From the NCBI GenBank assembly GCA_051362555.1, contig CM120646.1:9114001-9178000 (forward strand): a stretch of DNA of 64,000 bases, written 5' to 3'. Source of the stretch: Lingula anatina. Lineage: Eukaryota; Animalia; Brachiopoda. Below, piece after piece: positions 51,180 to 61,743 of this stretch. A program made the position numbers and the translations under genes. The notes below the pieces were generated by a model. It saw only the letters and a program-made list of their open reading frames with translations. It was not told where the DNA came from and made no database searches. The first letter of the stretch is position 1; every line of letters begins with the position of its first letter.

Positions 51180-52100
51180 CTAATTGGACCTTTTCTTTTG
51201 TTTCAGTTTCTCCTCCAAATTATCACATATGTCTACCTTTATTCTGTTTCCATTTTTTAACTGGCAGTATACATTGCAGTTAAAGAACCATGCACTTTCA
51301 ACGTGCTCATGTTGTTTTAGTTTGTTCAAGAGAGTTAAGGTTTTTAATGTTATGTCATCATACAGACGTGCACCAGATTTCAGTTCTCTCTTTTTCCGCA
51401 TGATTGTTCTCTTGATATCTGTGTTTCTAAGTTTTATGATCACTGGCCTTGGGGATCCTTGTTTACCGGGTATGCGATGTATTGCCTGGATATCAGTAGG
51501 CTCAATATTCAGTTTGGCTTCTTTTTGCAGCATATCAATAAAGATTTCTCTCAGGTTTTCCTCCTTTTTTTCTATTATGTTCAAGGCCCTTATATTAGTT
51601 TTCCTTGAGTACTGTTCATTATGATTGCAAGAGCGCATGGTTTCTTTACTGTAGTAATCATTTTGTTTTAGCAGTTCATTCATTTTTTTCATTTCTTGGT
51701 CTTTCTTTCTCATGACTTCTTTCAACTGCTCATTTTCCATCTGAAGACTATCCACCTGATCTTGCAGTTTTGCAGCACGGGTCTCAGATTCCATTTTTAG
51801 ACAGTCGAATTTCTGCATAAATTTTGCATCCATTTCTGATACCATGTTATTAAGAAGTCTTTCAACCACCCTTGTTACTGTAATTTCCAAATCCTCTTTT
51901 CTAATAGTTTCTTTAATCTCATTTTTTATTTCAGACAGCTCATGCATGAGCATTTGTAATTCTTCTGCACTGGAGTTTGCCACCTCCGAATGAGGTCTTT
52001 TAGGTGCTGAAGTTATTGTTTGTGTTTTGCTCTTTGTATTGTTGCTTGTGAGAAACCTGGACATGGTCCTGTCATCAGCCTTGGTAGGTTTCTGGGCCAT
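51180..52100 (-). CDS. LINE B ORF1, about 306 aa (coiled coil plus RRM/CTD)
   Basis: First ATG gives MAQKPTK. Motifs NHNEQYSRKTNI, IHRIPGKQGSPRPVIIKL, SAWFFNCNV. Confidence 0.9.
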   Translation of the reverse strand: MAQKPTKADDRTMSRFLTSNNTKSKTQTITSAPKRPHSEVANSSAEELQMLMHELSEIKNEIKETIRKEDLEITVTRVVERLLNNMVSEMDAKFMQKFDCLKMESETRAAKLQDQVDSLQMENEQLKEVMRKKDQEMKKMNELLKQNDYYSKETMRSCNHNEQYSRKTNIRALNIIEKKEENLREIFIDMLQKEAKLNIEPTDIQAIHRIPGKQGSPRPVIIKLRNTDIKRTIMRKKRELKSGARLYDDITLKTLTLLNKLKQHEHVESAWFFNCNVYCQLKNGNRIKVDICDNLEEKLKQKKRSN

Positions 52101-52515
52101 GATAGCTTTGTAATCAGTAGGAGCTAGTGAGATGTCACAATAGTGCACAGTGTATAGAAAGGCCCATTACCTATATGACTGTTACAGCTTCAGGGGGCCA
52201 ATTATGTCTTTGACAATGACTATTGCTGAGTAGCACTCTTTTATATAGCTACACTAGAGAACTGCTCAACCACCTATTTTCATGCATATACTTGCGTAAG
52301 TCCAAGCCTCCAGATTTAAAGTTCTTAGAAAATGTCACTTGCCTTTCAAGATCTATACCAGTGATGCCTACCACTACTTTCCAGAAACATTCATGAACAT
52401 GTCTGCAAGACCTTAAATCTCAGGCATCTACATTTCTCACAATATTAGACACCAATGTGAGAGACTCTTTTCTTTTGCATGTCAGGTGTTACCTCGACCT
52501 TGACCTTCCTTTCAG

Positions 52516-52743
52516 GTAGTTTTGGCACCGTTTGTCAGAATGGCTGGGGTAGCTCCTACTTCTTCAACAACAACAACAACAACAACAGAGTTGTTGCCAG
52601 GATGTTGGGATATAAAACGTGTACCAAAGTATATAACAGAGGCAGTGGCACTGGAAGTATTCTTCTGAACAACGTGAGATGCAATGGACATGAAAGCTCC
52701 CTCTGGGACTGTCCTCACAATGGGGTCCGTGTGCACAACTGTT
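52516..52743 (+). CDS. Host exon encoding the core of a scavenger receptor cysteine-rich (SRCR) domain
   Basis: TTTCAG acceptor and GTGAGT donor, 228 nt, phase 1-1. SFGTVCQNGW...VVARMLGY...GSGTGSILLNNVRCNGHESSLWDCPHNG..HNC matches the SRCR consensus. Could belong to a pseudogene. Confidence 0.85.
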
Positions 52744-53013
52744 GTGAGTATCTTACTTACCTGTTATCTTTATTCATGTATTTACTACTTTTGAAAACCA
52801 TGATATTGCAATTGTGTAATCTTTTATAATAGCCTAAGGCCAATGTCAGGGATGCTATTTGTTTGGTGAATTTCAGAGTGATCTATCACGAAAAAATTAA
52901 ACTTAATAATAACCAGGCGCCTTTTTTTCACCGCTAAACATAGAAAAGAAACTCGGCACTTTAATAGGCGACTGTTGTTTATTGTGTCTACAACCTGTGG
53001 ACATTTCTCTTAA

Positions 53014-54059
53014 GGCCACACTTTTTTATTTTTATGGATGACATCCTCTGGGGACCCCAAAATCGGTGCGAGCGGGCGAAAAAAAAAAAACAGTCAAAAA
53101 AAAAAAAAAAAAACTGCTTCAGAAAAGTTATGTTTTCAGTACACAGCTGGAAACACTAATTTACCACAGAAACACGCATCAAACTAACAATGTGTCTTTA
53201 TCCATGCTCTCAAAATATTAAAGCATTGTGAATAGGGCCTACTTCGTAGAAAGGTAAAAAGTCATGAATATATATGCTGCATATTACCAAATCTATTTAA
53301 GGTTATTTCATGCATTCTGTTGGTATAGCAATCAATAAAACAAATATCAAATAAACAGCGTGTCTTTATTTGTACTTTAAGAAAATTAAAGCATTGTAAA
53401 CACTTCACAGAATTGTTAAAAAAATGAAGCAAAGATAAACCTATGCTTCCTACTACCAAATCTAAAAAAGGTAATTTCGGTCGATGCCATTTTGTCTAAT
53501 TCGACTCACACGTAGCAGCCAACTATCGGGTGGCCTGTCCGACCTTCAGTCCACCAAATACCACGACGCTCTTGTCGACCCTTTTTTCGCTACAAAAAAA
53601 CCTGGTATGTGCTGCTTTGGACAGAATGTCACTGAAATTTTCAGGGCGATGATCGCTGGCCGCGGCCAGCCTTTCGCATAATTGTCTCCATGTCCAATAT
53701 CAATGGCAAACCAATCCAAAACGACGGCCCCCGTTCTCTTTATGACTTTAATTGTCGTGTATTTTGAAATTAATGCTAGAGATGAATTTGACGGCAAAGC
53801 GGCCATATTTCCACGTGGTGATAATACGCATGCGCAGAAAGCTCATTTTCTGCACTCGGAACTACTCGGATGTCTCCAGTATGGAGCTTGCGGAATTAGC
53901 CGAGGATTGCCGATTGCATTTTCCGGCAAATTCAATAACGACGTTTGCGACAACCGACTTCCTTGGGAGGGGGGGGGGATTTTTTTTTTTTTTTTTGAGA
54001 ACGGACGAAAATCGGTGCGCGCGCAGGATGTCATCCATAAAAATAAAAAAAGTGTGGCC
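53014..54059. mobile_element. Non-autonomous Harbinger/ISL2EU-like element (1046 bp)
   Basis: 34-bp TIR GGCCACACTTTTTTATTTTTATGGATGACATCCT. Flanks TAA/CAA. Confidence 0.85.
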
Positions 54060-54459
54060 CAATCTAGATTTTTTTTGTTTATTTGTCCATTTTATTTCAA
54101 ACATGAAATATTGAATGGAATATAATGTAAGTTCAGGTATCAAAACATCACCAGTATTTCTTGTACGTATGTGATTATATTGCAAAAGTTCTCATTGTTA
54201 AATTGATACGTCCCTGACAACCGGAGGAAGTCAGAAGAAACTTATTAAGTTAGGCAGACTTTAGACAGAAATTATTACCGAAAAAGACAAAAAGTGAACT
54301 GTTGTCAAAAGTCTGCTAGAATGGAAAATAACACAAAACACTTTCTATTTTTATAGTATTATGTTATACGATGATCGAATTTCAACCATTTACTCCACTC
54401 GCGCCATGATCTTATCACTTATTCTGGTCAGTTTCAGATAAGTGTGGGTACGTTCTTAA

Positions 54460-55088
54460 AGTCATAATAACTCTTCGTTTTGGCCAAAAATTGGATTTTC
54501 CTGGAAAAAACGGCAATTTTCCCGTACTTACCAATGGTCAACGACCCCATTTCTGCATTCAAAGTTAATCCAGGGTTTTTTTCCTAAACGTACGGTTTTT
54601 TGTTAAAATCTCTTAAGAGATTTTAACTGACGGAGCTCTCTCTGACATTGCAAAGTCACTGGTGACCTACTTAAAACCGCGGGAAAAGCAGACAACAACA
54701 ACACTATATAAGATTCATGAGATATATTCGTCTTTTTGTTAAAAATGCATTTATATCCACAATGTGTGCCATTCTGGGCTTTTCGTTATCCGACGCACTG
54801 TACAAAAACTCGCAACTTACGTCTGCGTCCGCATTAATGTGTTTGGCGCCATGTTATTTTGGTCTCGAATGAACGCGAGAATCCGCGTGACACCCTTACG
54901 TCATTAGCAACGAATGCCTTGATGACTGGGAAAAATGGCATCGAAAGCCCCATTGACAAGCACAGATTTTAGTTTTACTCCAATAACGGCCGTTTTAGTG
55001 GTAAAATACGATAGAATATATTTCCATGCGTTGTTTAAAATGTATTTCATGCGGAATTTTGAATCTCAAAGGAAGAGTTATTATTGCT
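54460..55088. mobile_element. Kolobok-type MITE, copy B (629 bp)
   Basis: TTAA TSDs, same TIRs and body as 17536-18210. Confidence 0.9.
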
Positions 55089-55391
55089 TTAAATATAACT
55101 TACAATAAAGGAATGAGGGTTATATAACGATTTGGAACGTAAGAGGTGAAATTTTTAAAGAGTAGTTTGTAAATGGTATAATATGTATAGTGGCAGATCC
55201 AGGATGTTGCTAACAGGAGAGGGGGCGTCAACAAAAGTATCGATGAATTCTGCCTGGTTTATGGTGGCAAATATTCAGTGGTATATAGAATGAGGTAATA
55301 TTACTGTCATGTATATCGTGCAGATGTGGAACATGCTTGCTTTAAGAAAGGCCTGCCCTGTTCAGCTTCAGGTTACCCTGTCCTTGGGTGG

Positions 55392-57976
55392 TAGTCAAGT
55401 CGTCATTCCCACAGGCCCAATGGTAGGACCCTGCAGTGTTCTTTTCTGTAAACTTTTTTGCTGAAACGCATTCTTCAGGCTGAGAGAAGCAAAATTAGCT
55501 TGGTTGCTACTTCCGAGACATTGAGCATTGTTCAATATGGCCGTTAATTTATAAGGAAAATCAGAAAACGACCAGAAGTTGCCGGGCATACTTTATTTAG
55601 AGCTTCTTTGAACGTTTATCCTATCAGAAGAGCACAGCAGGAATAGTGAATACGCTTATAACTTTTAGCAAAAAAAAAAATGGCCGTCAAAACATACGGC
55701 ATAAAGTGATAAAACGGCAAAATTTGCTCGTTTTTTTGCATATTTAGTCTTATTAAAAGCATATCTGCCTTTTCTATATATGTTCATTAAGACATTATTT
55801 TTATTCATGATTTTAAACTCTCAGAATAAGCTTGTCGGACAGTTCAATAACGTGAGCGTATCAACCCCCAAGAAACTGTTTGCTCCTTCCACGGATCCCA
55901 TGTAGTCGAATACTTCTATGTCATTCCCTGTAATTGATTAAGAACTGAATTCTTTTGGGCTATAAAAGCCATTTAATTTGGTCTTTCTTGCCATTGGTTA
56001 CATCTGGAATATTGATCAATTTTCAAAATCCAATGTACTATAATATCATTATATTATAAACAAATGATTATGTAGAATAGCAAAGCGTTGGGTTCAAAGT
56101 ACATGATATTCCACATTTCAAATGACCGCTAAAACATGTCCAAAAAGATAAAAAAGCACGAGAATTACGTTTTGAACTGATAATCTGCCATACAATATAC
56201 ATTTAATTATATTATTTAATGACAAGGTGTATTACAGTATTACAGTAATACTAAGACCATAGAAGAGGAGTGACTGTTACGTATGTTCTCATTTTAACAC
56301 AAGCTCAGTCTGAAGGAAATTTTATCAAGGGCCAACAGGGATTACCGCAGGATTTGGGGTACAGGGAGTCCAAAATGTTGGAGTGCTGAAGTTAGTGTCT
56401 GGTTTCTAGTTTCCAGTTTCGTTTTTCAAAAACGAACCTGGCAACTAGAAACTAGTGTCGTTTTTCAAAAACGATTCTGGCAACTAGATACTAGGCTGAG
56501 GCCGGGTTGACCGCCTATACCAGTCACAGGCCGCTTGCACAGCGGATGCCGGGAATGGGGTTTAGGTGTGGCTGGGGGAGGGGGGAGGTAAGGGTGAGGT
56601 TGAGGAGGGGGAAGGGCCCCCGGGGCCTCCCTTTTTAGTTTGAAGTATAATTTTTAATTAAAAAAAAAACGATTATGATGCTTAGAAACCAGTGTCGTTT
56701 TTCGAAAATCGACACTAGATTCTGGTTGCTAGAATCGTTTTTGAAAAACGACACTAGTTTCTGGTTGCCAGAATCAATTTTGAAAAACGACACTAGTTTC
56801 TGGTTGCTAGAATCGTTTTTGAAAAACGGCACTAGTTTCTGGTTGCCGGAATCGTTTTTGAAAAACGACACTAGTTTCTGGTTGCCGGAATCGTTTTTGA
56901 AAAACGACACTAGTTTTTGAAAAACGAAACTAGAAACTAGACAATAACTTCAGCGCTCTCAAAAGGTTAATCTGCAATAGAGTCCCTCATTTACAGAGAG
57001 TCCAACCAAGTCCGTCGGTGGGGGTGGGGGTGGGGGTAAAATTTTATAATAAATATGTAATTATTGTCATAATATAACCTTATTATTTTCTTATTTTCAT
57101 GTTGATCATACTTACCTTAATTTTTGTGATTTTATATCTTTATCATAACTATATTTAGTATGTAAATAAAATTAAGCTTTAAAATTTCCTGATTTTTTAT
57201 TGAGATTGTCACGTTTAAGAAAATTCTTGGTTCAAATTACATCAGTATATAACAGCACTTATAATTTGTCTTATTACTGCGCTTTTTTCACTTTAAATTA
57301 CATAGAGTCAAAAAATAAAATATCTTACATATCTTTTGGTTAAATACTGACAGTCATTAAAAACTCTGAGGGCTATATTTTTCGACATAAGTGCTATTTT
57401 GAAGCCCCAAACTGGATTTTTTTCAAATGAATCATTTGTTTAGGATATTGGCATACAGAAACAATAGTCTTAAGTTTCACGACTTATTTGTATTTGGTCA
57501 ACTTTTGGAAAAAGACTAACCCATGTGTAATGAACTATGACAACATGATATCATTATTATGTCAACTACCCCAGCACTAAGTCATCAACTAATCCACAAT
57601 GAATAATTACAACTCCCCTGCAAGTAGAAACATGCATACATTCCTACCTTAAAGCTTCCATTGACTGTCAGTATATTTTGGTTAAAACAACATTTCAACT
57701 ACATGATGTCGATGGGTAGCCATATCCCCGAACGTTGTCAAGAATAGCTCATCTCATGAGCCCAAACCGATCAAAAAGCTCTTTATAAAGTATACCCGGC
57801 GACTTTTGGTCGTTTTTCTACTTTGCTCATAAATTGACGGCCATATTGAAAAATGCTCAACGTCTCGGAAGTAGCAATCAAGCTAATTTTGCTTCTCTCG
57901 GCATAGATAATACATTTAAGAGAAAAAAGTTGACAGGAAAAAACCTTGCAGGGTTAGCGTTCTGGCTACTCGACTA
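55392..57976. mobile_element. Probable non-autonomous DNA transposon with long subterminal inverted repeats (Academ-like TAGTC termini)
   Basis: 55428-55555 is the inverted copy of about 57825-57953 (GAGAGAAGCAAAATTAGCTTGRTTGCTACTTCCGAGACRTTGAGCATT). Ends TAGTCAAGT / ACTCGACTA. No TSD found. Confidence 0.55.
56380..56959. mobile_element. Foldback/MULE-type MITE with TIRs built from 39-bp tandem units
   Basis: TIR GAGYGCTGAAGTTAKTGTCT. 9-bp TSD CAAAATGTT / CAAAAGGTT (8/9). About 2 units on the left, about 6 on the right, GC-rich core. Confidence 0.8.
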
Positions 57977-59850
57977 GACTGTTTATGAACCGACTACGTC
58001 CAGTGGGTTAAAGTGACAATCTAAACAGACAAAGAATTGCTCAATCATTAAGTGCCATAAAGTCTCGGCATGTGCCTAAAAATTTTCACACGGATCTACA
58101 AATCTTCAAACAAAAGTAAATTTCAAAGTAGTTAGTGAGCGGATGTGCTGGAATGAACACGATTTGCAAACAAGGAAGTTATAAATCTCTTACAAAAATA
58201 TCGAAAAGAAATAATAGAGCACGTGGTATTCATGTGCTACACTGAAAGGGTTGCATTTAAAGAGCGGAAATTGTTTTTTAGAACTGAGCAGCTCTAGCAT
58301 GAACGTCAATGAGCAGGGTAGTGTTTAAATGATGTATTTGTCTTTGAATTAATAGCTTTTCAAAGAACGTCGTGTAACAGGTGCGTTTTACCAACTGCAT
58401 ATCCTTGCGGAAATTGTGACAGAGTTTTTGTCTGGAAATAAACAAAAGCGTTGTTGTTTGGTATCTTATTGCTTTTTTCTTACCTTTGTATCACTGAAAG
58501 TGTGTTGTTTTTATTGTGTATTACTACGCATGAAGTCCCGACGAGTGTGTACTACATATAATATAATATATACTATGTCGTCCAGGAGCTGGGCGGGTAA
58601 TTGCCAAATTTTGCTCTCTCACACACCCCTCAAGCTCAAAATATAGTAAACTTTGGCCTGAGGAACGTAAGTCGATACAAATCGAGGCGTTTTTAATGTG
58701 ACCGTTGGATGACCCCCCCCCCCAAACGCGCTAGTTAATCTCGTTCTTCCACAACTGTGTTCTCGTGATGAACATGACAAAGCACTTAGTTTTGTTTAAA
58801 TTAAAAAAATAATATATATTGAGGTCTGCTCCGATGTTCACTTAGGGATTCCGATTTTGTGATTTTATACTGGAAATGTATAGTAGTAAAATGTATATTG
58901 AACACAACTTGCCTACATGTATTTAGTTCTAATAAGTAACGAACAGCATTAATAGCTTGACATTGCCTCTGACTCAAGAAGGAAAGGTAACATAATTTTC
59001 CCTTTGTTGAATTCTGCACAATGGCATTGTATTTTTTATCATCAATAAGCATTCAGATTGACATTTACAGGAAATTAGAAGAAAGAAATGTGAATCTCGT
59101 AAGAATATCGATTTCTCTGCAGTAATGCTGTCAATAGTGAAGCGAAAAACTGTAGTATCACTATTCATTATAAGACTACTGGAACGCGAACAGAGAGAAA
59201 AATGAAACACAAGGAAAACAAAACCACAGAGGTGGCAGGCAATGTTATACATGTAGACATGTATCCAGTACGCGCAAGCTTTGTTCATAATGTGAGATGG
59301 TTAGTAATAAGAACAAATAATTTTAGCAAGAAAAATACATTTAACGACTCAAATCTTTATAGACTAAAAAGAGATGTTTGGGGGCTGGGTCACATCCTTT
59401 TGTCAGAAATTTAAAGTCATATGTGCAATAAATTACGCAGTATTTATTTACAAGTTACATAGACACACGATGTGGCTCACAATGACATGAATTTTCATTT
59501 TATTGAAACAAGACAAGTAGGGTCGGGGGAGGGGGTGGGGGTGATGAACTTAACTCAGGATAGAAAATCTCATTCCTTCTCCCGACATTTATAGCAATCA
59601 GCGTATGCTCGTAAAAAAAGAGTCTATGATATTTGAATAACATACACATAGTCACCGTCCTCTCCACCGTGCTTCATGACGGAGACTGCAGAATTTGCAA
59701 AGTGTATTTTATTGATATTCCCTTGAACCGTAGATATCAAATTGTTTTGCAATCACCAAAGTTTACCACGAAAGATTTATATAATCAATAGTAAAAGTAT
59801 TGGGCAGGGGACCTTGCTCGTTGTAAAAGGCAAATTTGACATGTCTGTAG

Positions 59851-60038
59851 GTCTGGGGCTCAGGATGACCTGCCTGAAGGATTGGGGGAGTGACCTGCCT
59901 GAAGGTCTGGGGGGAGTGACCTGCCTGAAGGTTTGGGGCTCAGGATGACCTGTCTGAAGGTCTGGGACTCAGGATGACCTGCCTGAAGTTCTGGGAGGAG
60001 TGACCTGCCTGAAGGTCTGGGGCTCTGGATGACCTGCC
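59851..60038. repeat. 26-29-bp minisatellite, about 7 copies
   Basis: TGACCTGCCTGAAGGTCTGGGG core with alternating CTCAGGA / GAG linkers. Confidence 0.9.
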
Positions 60039-61275
60039 GGTGACAATGTGATCGTTGCCTGTGAAGAGTGTGATATTTTTAACTTTCCAGATGTTCAAGA
60101 ACTGACCCCTCGGCAGGCTCCGCGAGTAGTTTGCAAAGTGCGTCGTCGCTAAATGACCGTGGTCACTTACATGTATTTGTTATCTGTCTGTCTTATGTCT
60201 TCTTTTATGATAGGCGCACCAAGCCATTAGACGCAATTGGAGGGCGGCGGATAATAAAACATACGTGCACATGAACTATTATTTGAGCATAAACGACATC
60301 ACAAAATGAATGCCATAGCACAGATGATAGTTGAATGTGGTATTTGGTTTCCTTGAAAATAATGAATCTTTAATTCCGGGAAATTAAATCAGCATCCTTT
60401 CCAATATATCTAAGTTGCGAATGCATAATGTATCTTAATGTAATGACATCTTATAAACTCAAACACCAATACACTGAACATTGGTGAAGTTATAGCGTAA
60501 GTAAAGTATATGTATTTAATAGCTGCTCACTGTCCATTTAATTCGGACGTGACTGGTTAAAAATATGCACAATGCAAAACAGATTTCCAGTAAGACCAGC
60601 AATAATAGATACATGTAGGAATATTACACCATAGACGGATATTGTGATATCAAGATGAAACTATCAATTGCTTTAAAAGAACATCAATTTTCATGCTCAA
60701 TCTAATTTCTTTGTTCTAACCGGTCTAATATTATTAAACATAACATTCAACCTTCGCCGACTGCAGCCGCGACAAAGACAAACGAATCTTCCAGCAATTG
60801 CGCAGCAAAGACCCATAACGGCTATCACTGTATACATCGATAATGATTCAAAGAAGTCAGTGCCTGACTAAAACTTCATTGACATAGGAATGATCCCCTC
60901 CTTCTCTTAATCGCTCAGTCATGCGTGTATGCATTGATGCATTAACTCACTTTGCTCCTTTTTTTTCTTTTATGTAATTATTCATCTGTCTCTTGAGCGC
61001 TTTGAGAATTGAGCTATCTATTTGAAAACGTTGCGTGTCTTCTGGCCCCAGAGACCCGAGGCAATGCGTTGACGTCTAAATCAGTTCTCTCTGCTGTGGC
61101 TACCCACATCATGCCGAGACTAAGTCCTTGACTGGTCGCCTTGATCTTCACGACTGGGGAGAACACTGGAAGATAGATGTGGAAAGGTTTTATGTTGTGT
61201 AAAGCATGGACATTTCAATATATATTTTTCGATTGTCTGAGATTGTTTGTCACAAACAAAATCCCCTGTTGTCAG

Positions 61276-61278
<3 letters not shown>

Positions 61279-61322
<44 letters not shown>
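61279..61322. repeat. (CT)n microsatellite
   Basis: Directly visible. Confidence 0.95.
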
Positions 61323-61327
<5 letters not shown>

Positions 61328-61664
61328 CACTTACTGTCTCTGTTTAACCAGGTGGCTCAGATACGAAAACATTAGTTGGATCGATACTTTTTCGAGGCAA
61401 GATTGCCTGGAAACCGCTCCGGCGTTCATAGCAAACGTTTCGATCGAAGGGACAGCATGTAATGACCAGTTAATGCGAGTTCGAAGATGGCGTTTCTTAT
61501 GTGACTTTTGAGTCCAGTGTGTAAAAGACAGGTTGTAAGGTAAGAGCGTGGTGTGGAGGCACCTCTAGGTACATATAACATGTAGGTACTGCTGGAGCGT
61601 GAAAACGAATACGAATGTTGGTGTTGTTAAGCTGAGAATACCAGTCCATGTTGGAAGTGAAGTT

Positions 61665-61743
61665 TAGGGTATGAAGGTTACACGTAGTGTAGGGTATGAA
61701 GGTTAAACGTAGTGTAGGGTATGAAGGTTACACGTAGTGTAGG
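61665..61743. repeat. 25-bp tandem repeat, 3 copies
   Basis: TAGGGTATGAAGGTTACACGTAGTG. Confidence 0.9.

Larger units (their letters stand above)
46191..52506 (-). mobile_element. L1/Tx1-clade LINE B, apparently full-length
   Basis: TSD TCCTTTCAGGTAG(TTTT) (46178-46194 / 52507-52523), AATAAA plus poly(A) at 46191-46206, open ORF1 and ORF2, about 400-nt 5' region. Confidence 0.95.

Noticed and set aside
29389-51624. Antisense ORFs over LINE genes (29389-29952, 31560-31913, 34599-35120, 51184-51624)
   Set aside because: Shadow frames of A-rich coding sequence with no independent motifs.
53484-54185. ORFs of 63-147 aa inside the GGCCACAC element
   Set aside because: They run through homopolymers and the TIR, overlap on both strands and show no transposase motifs.
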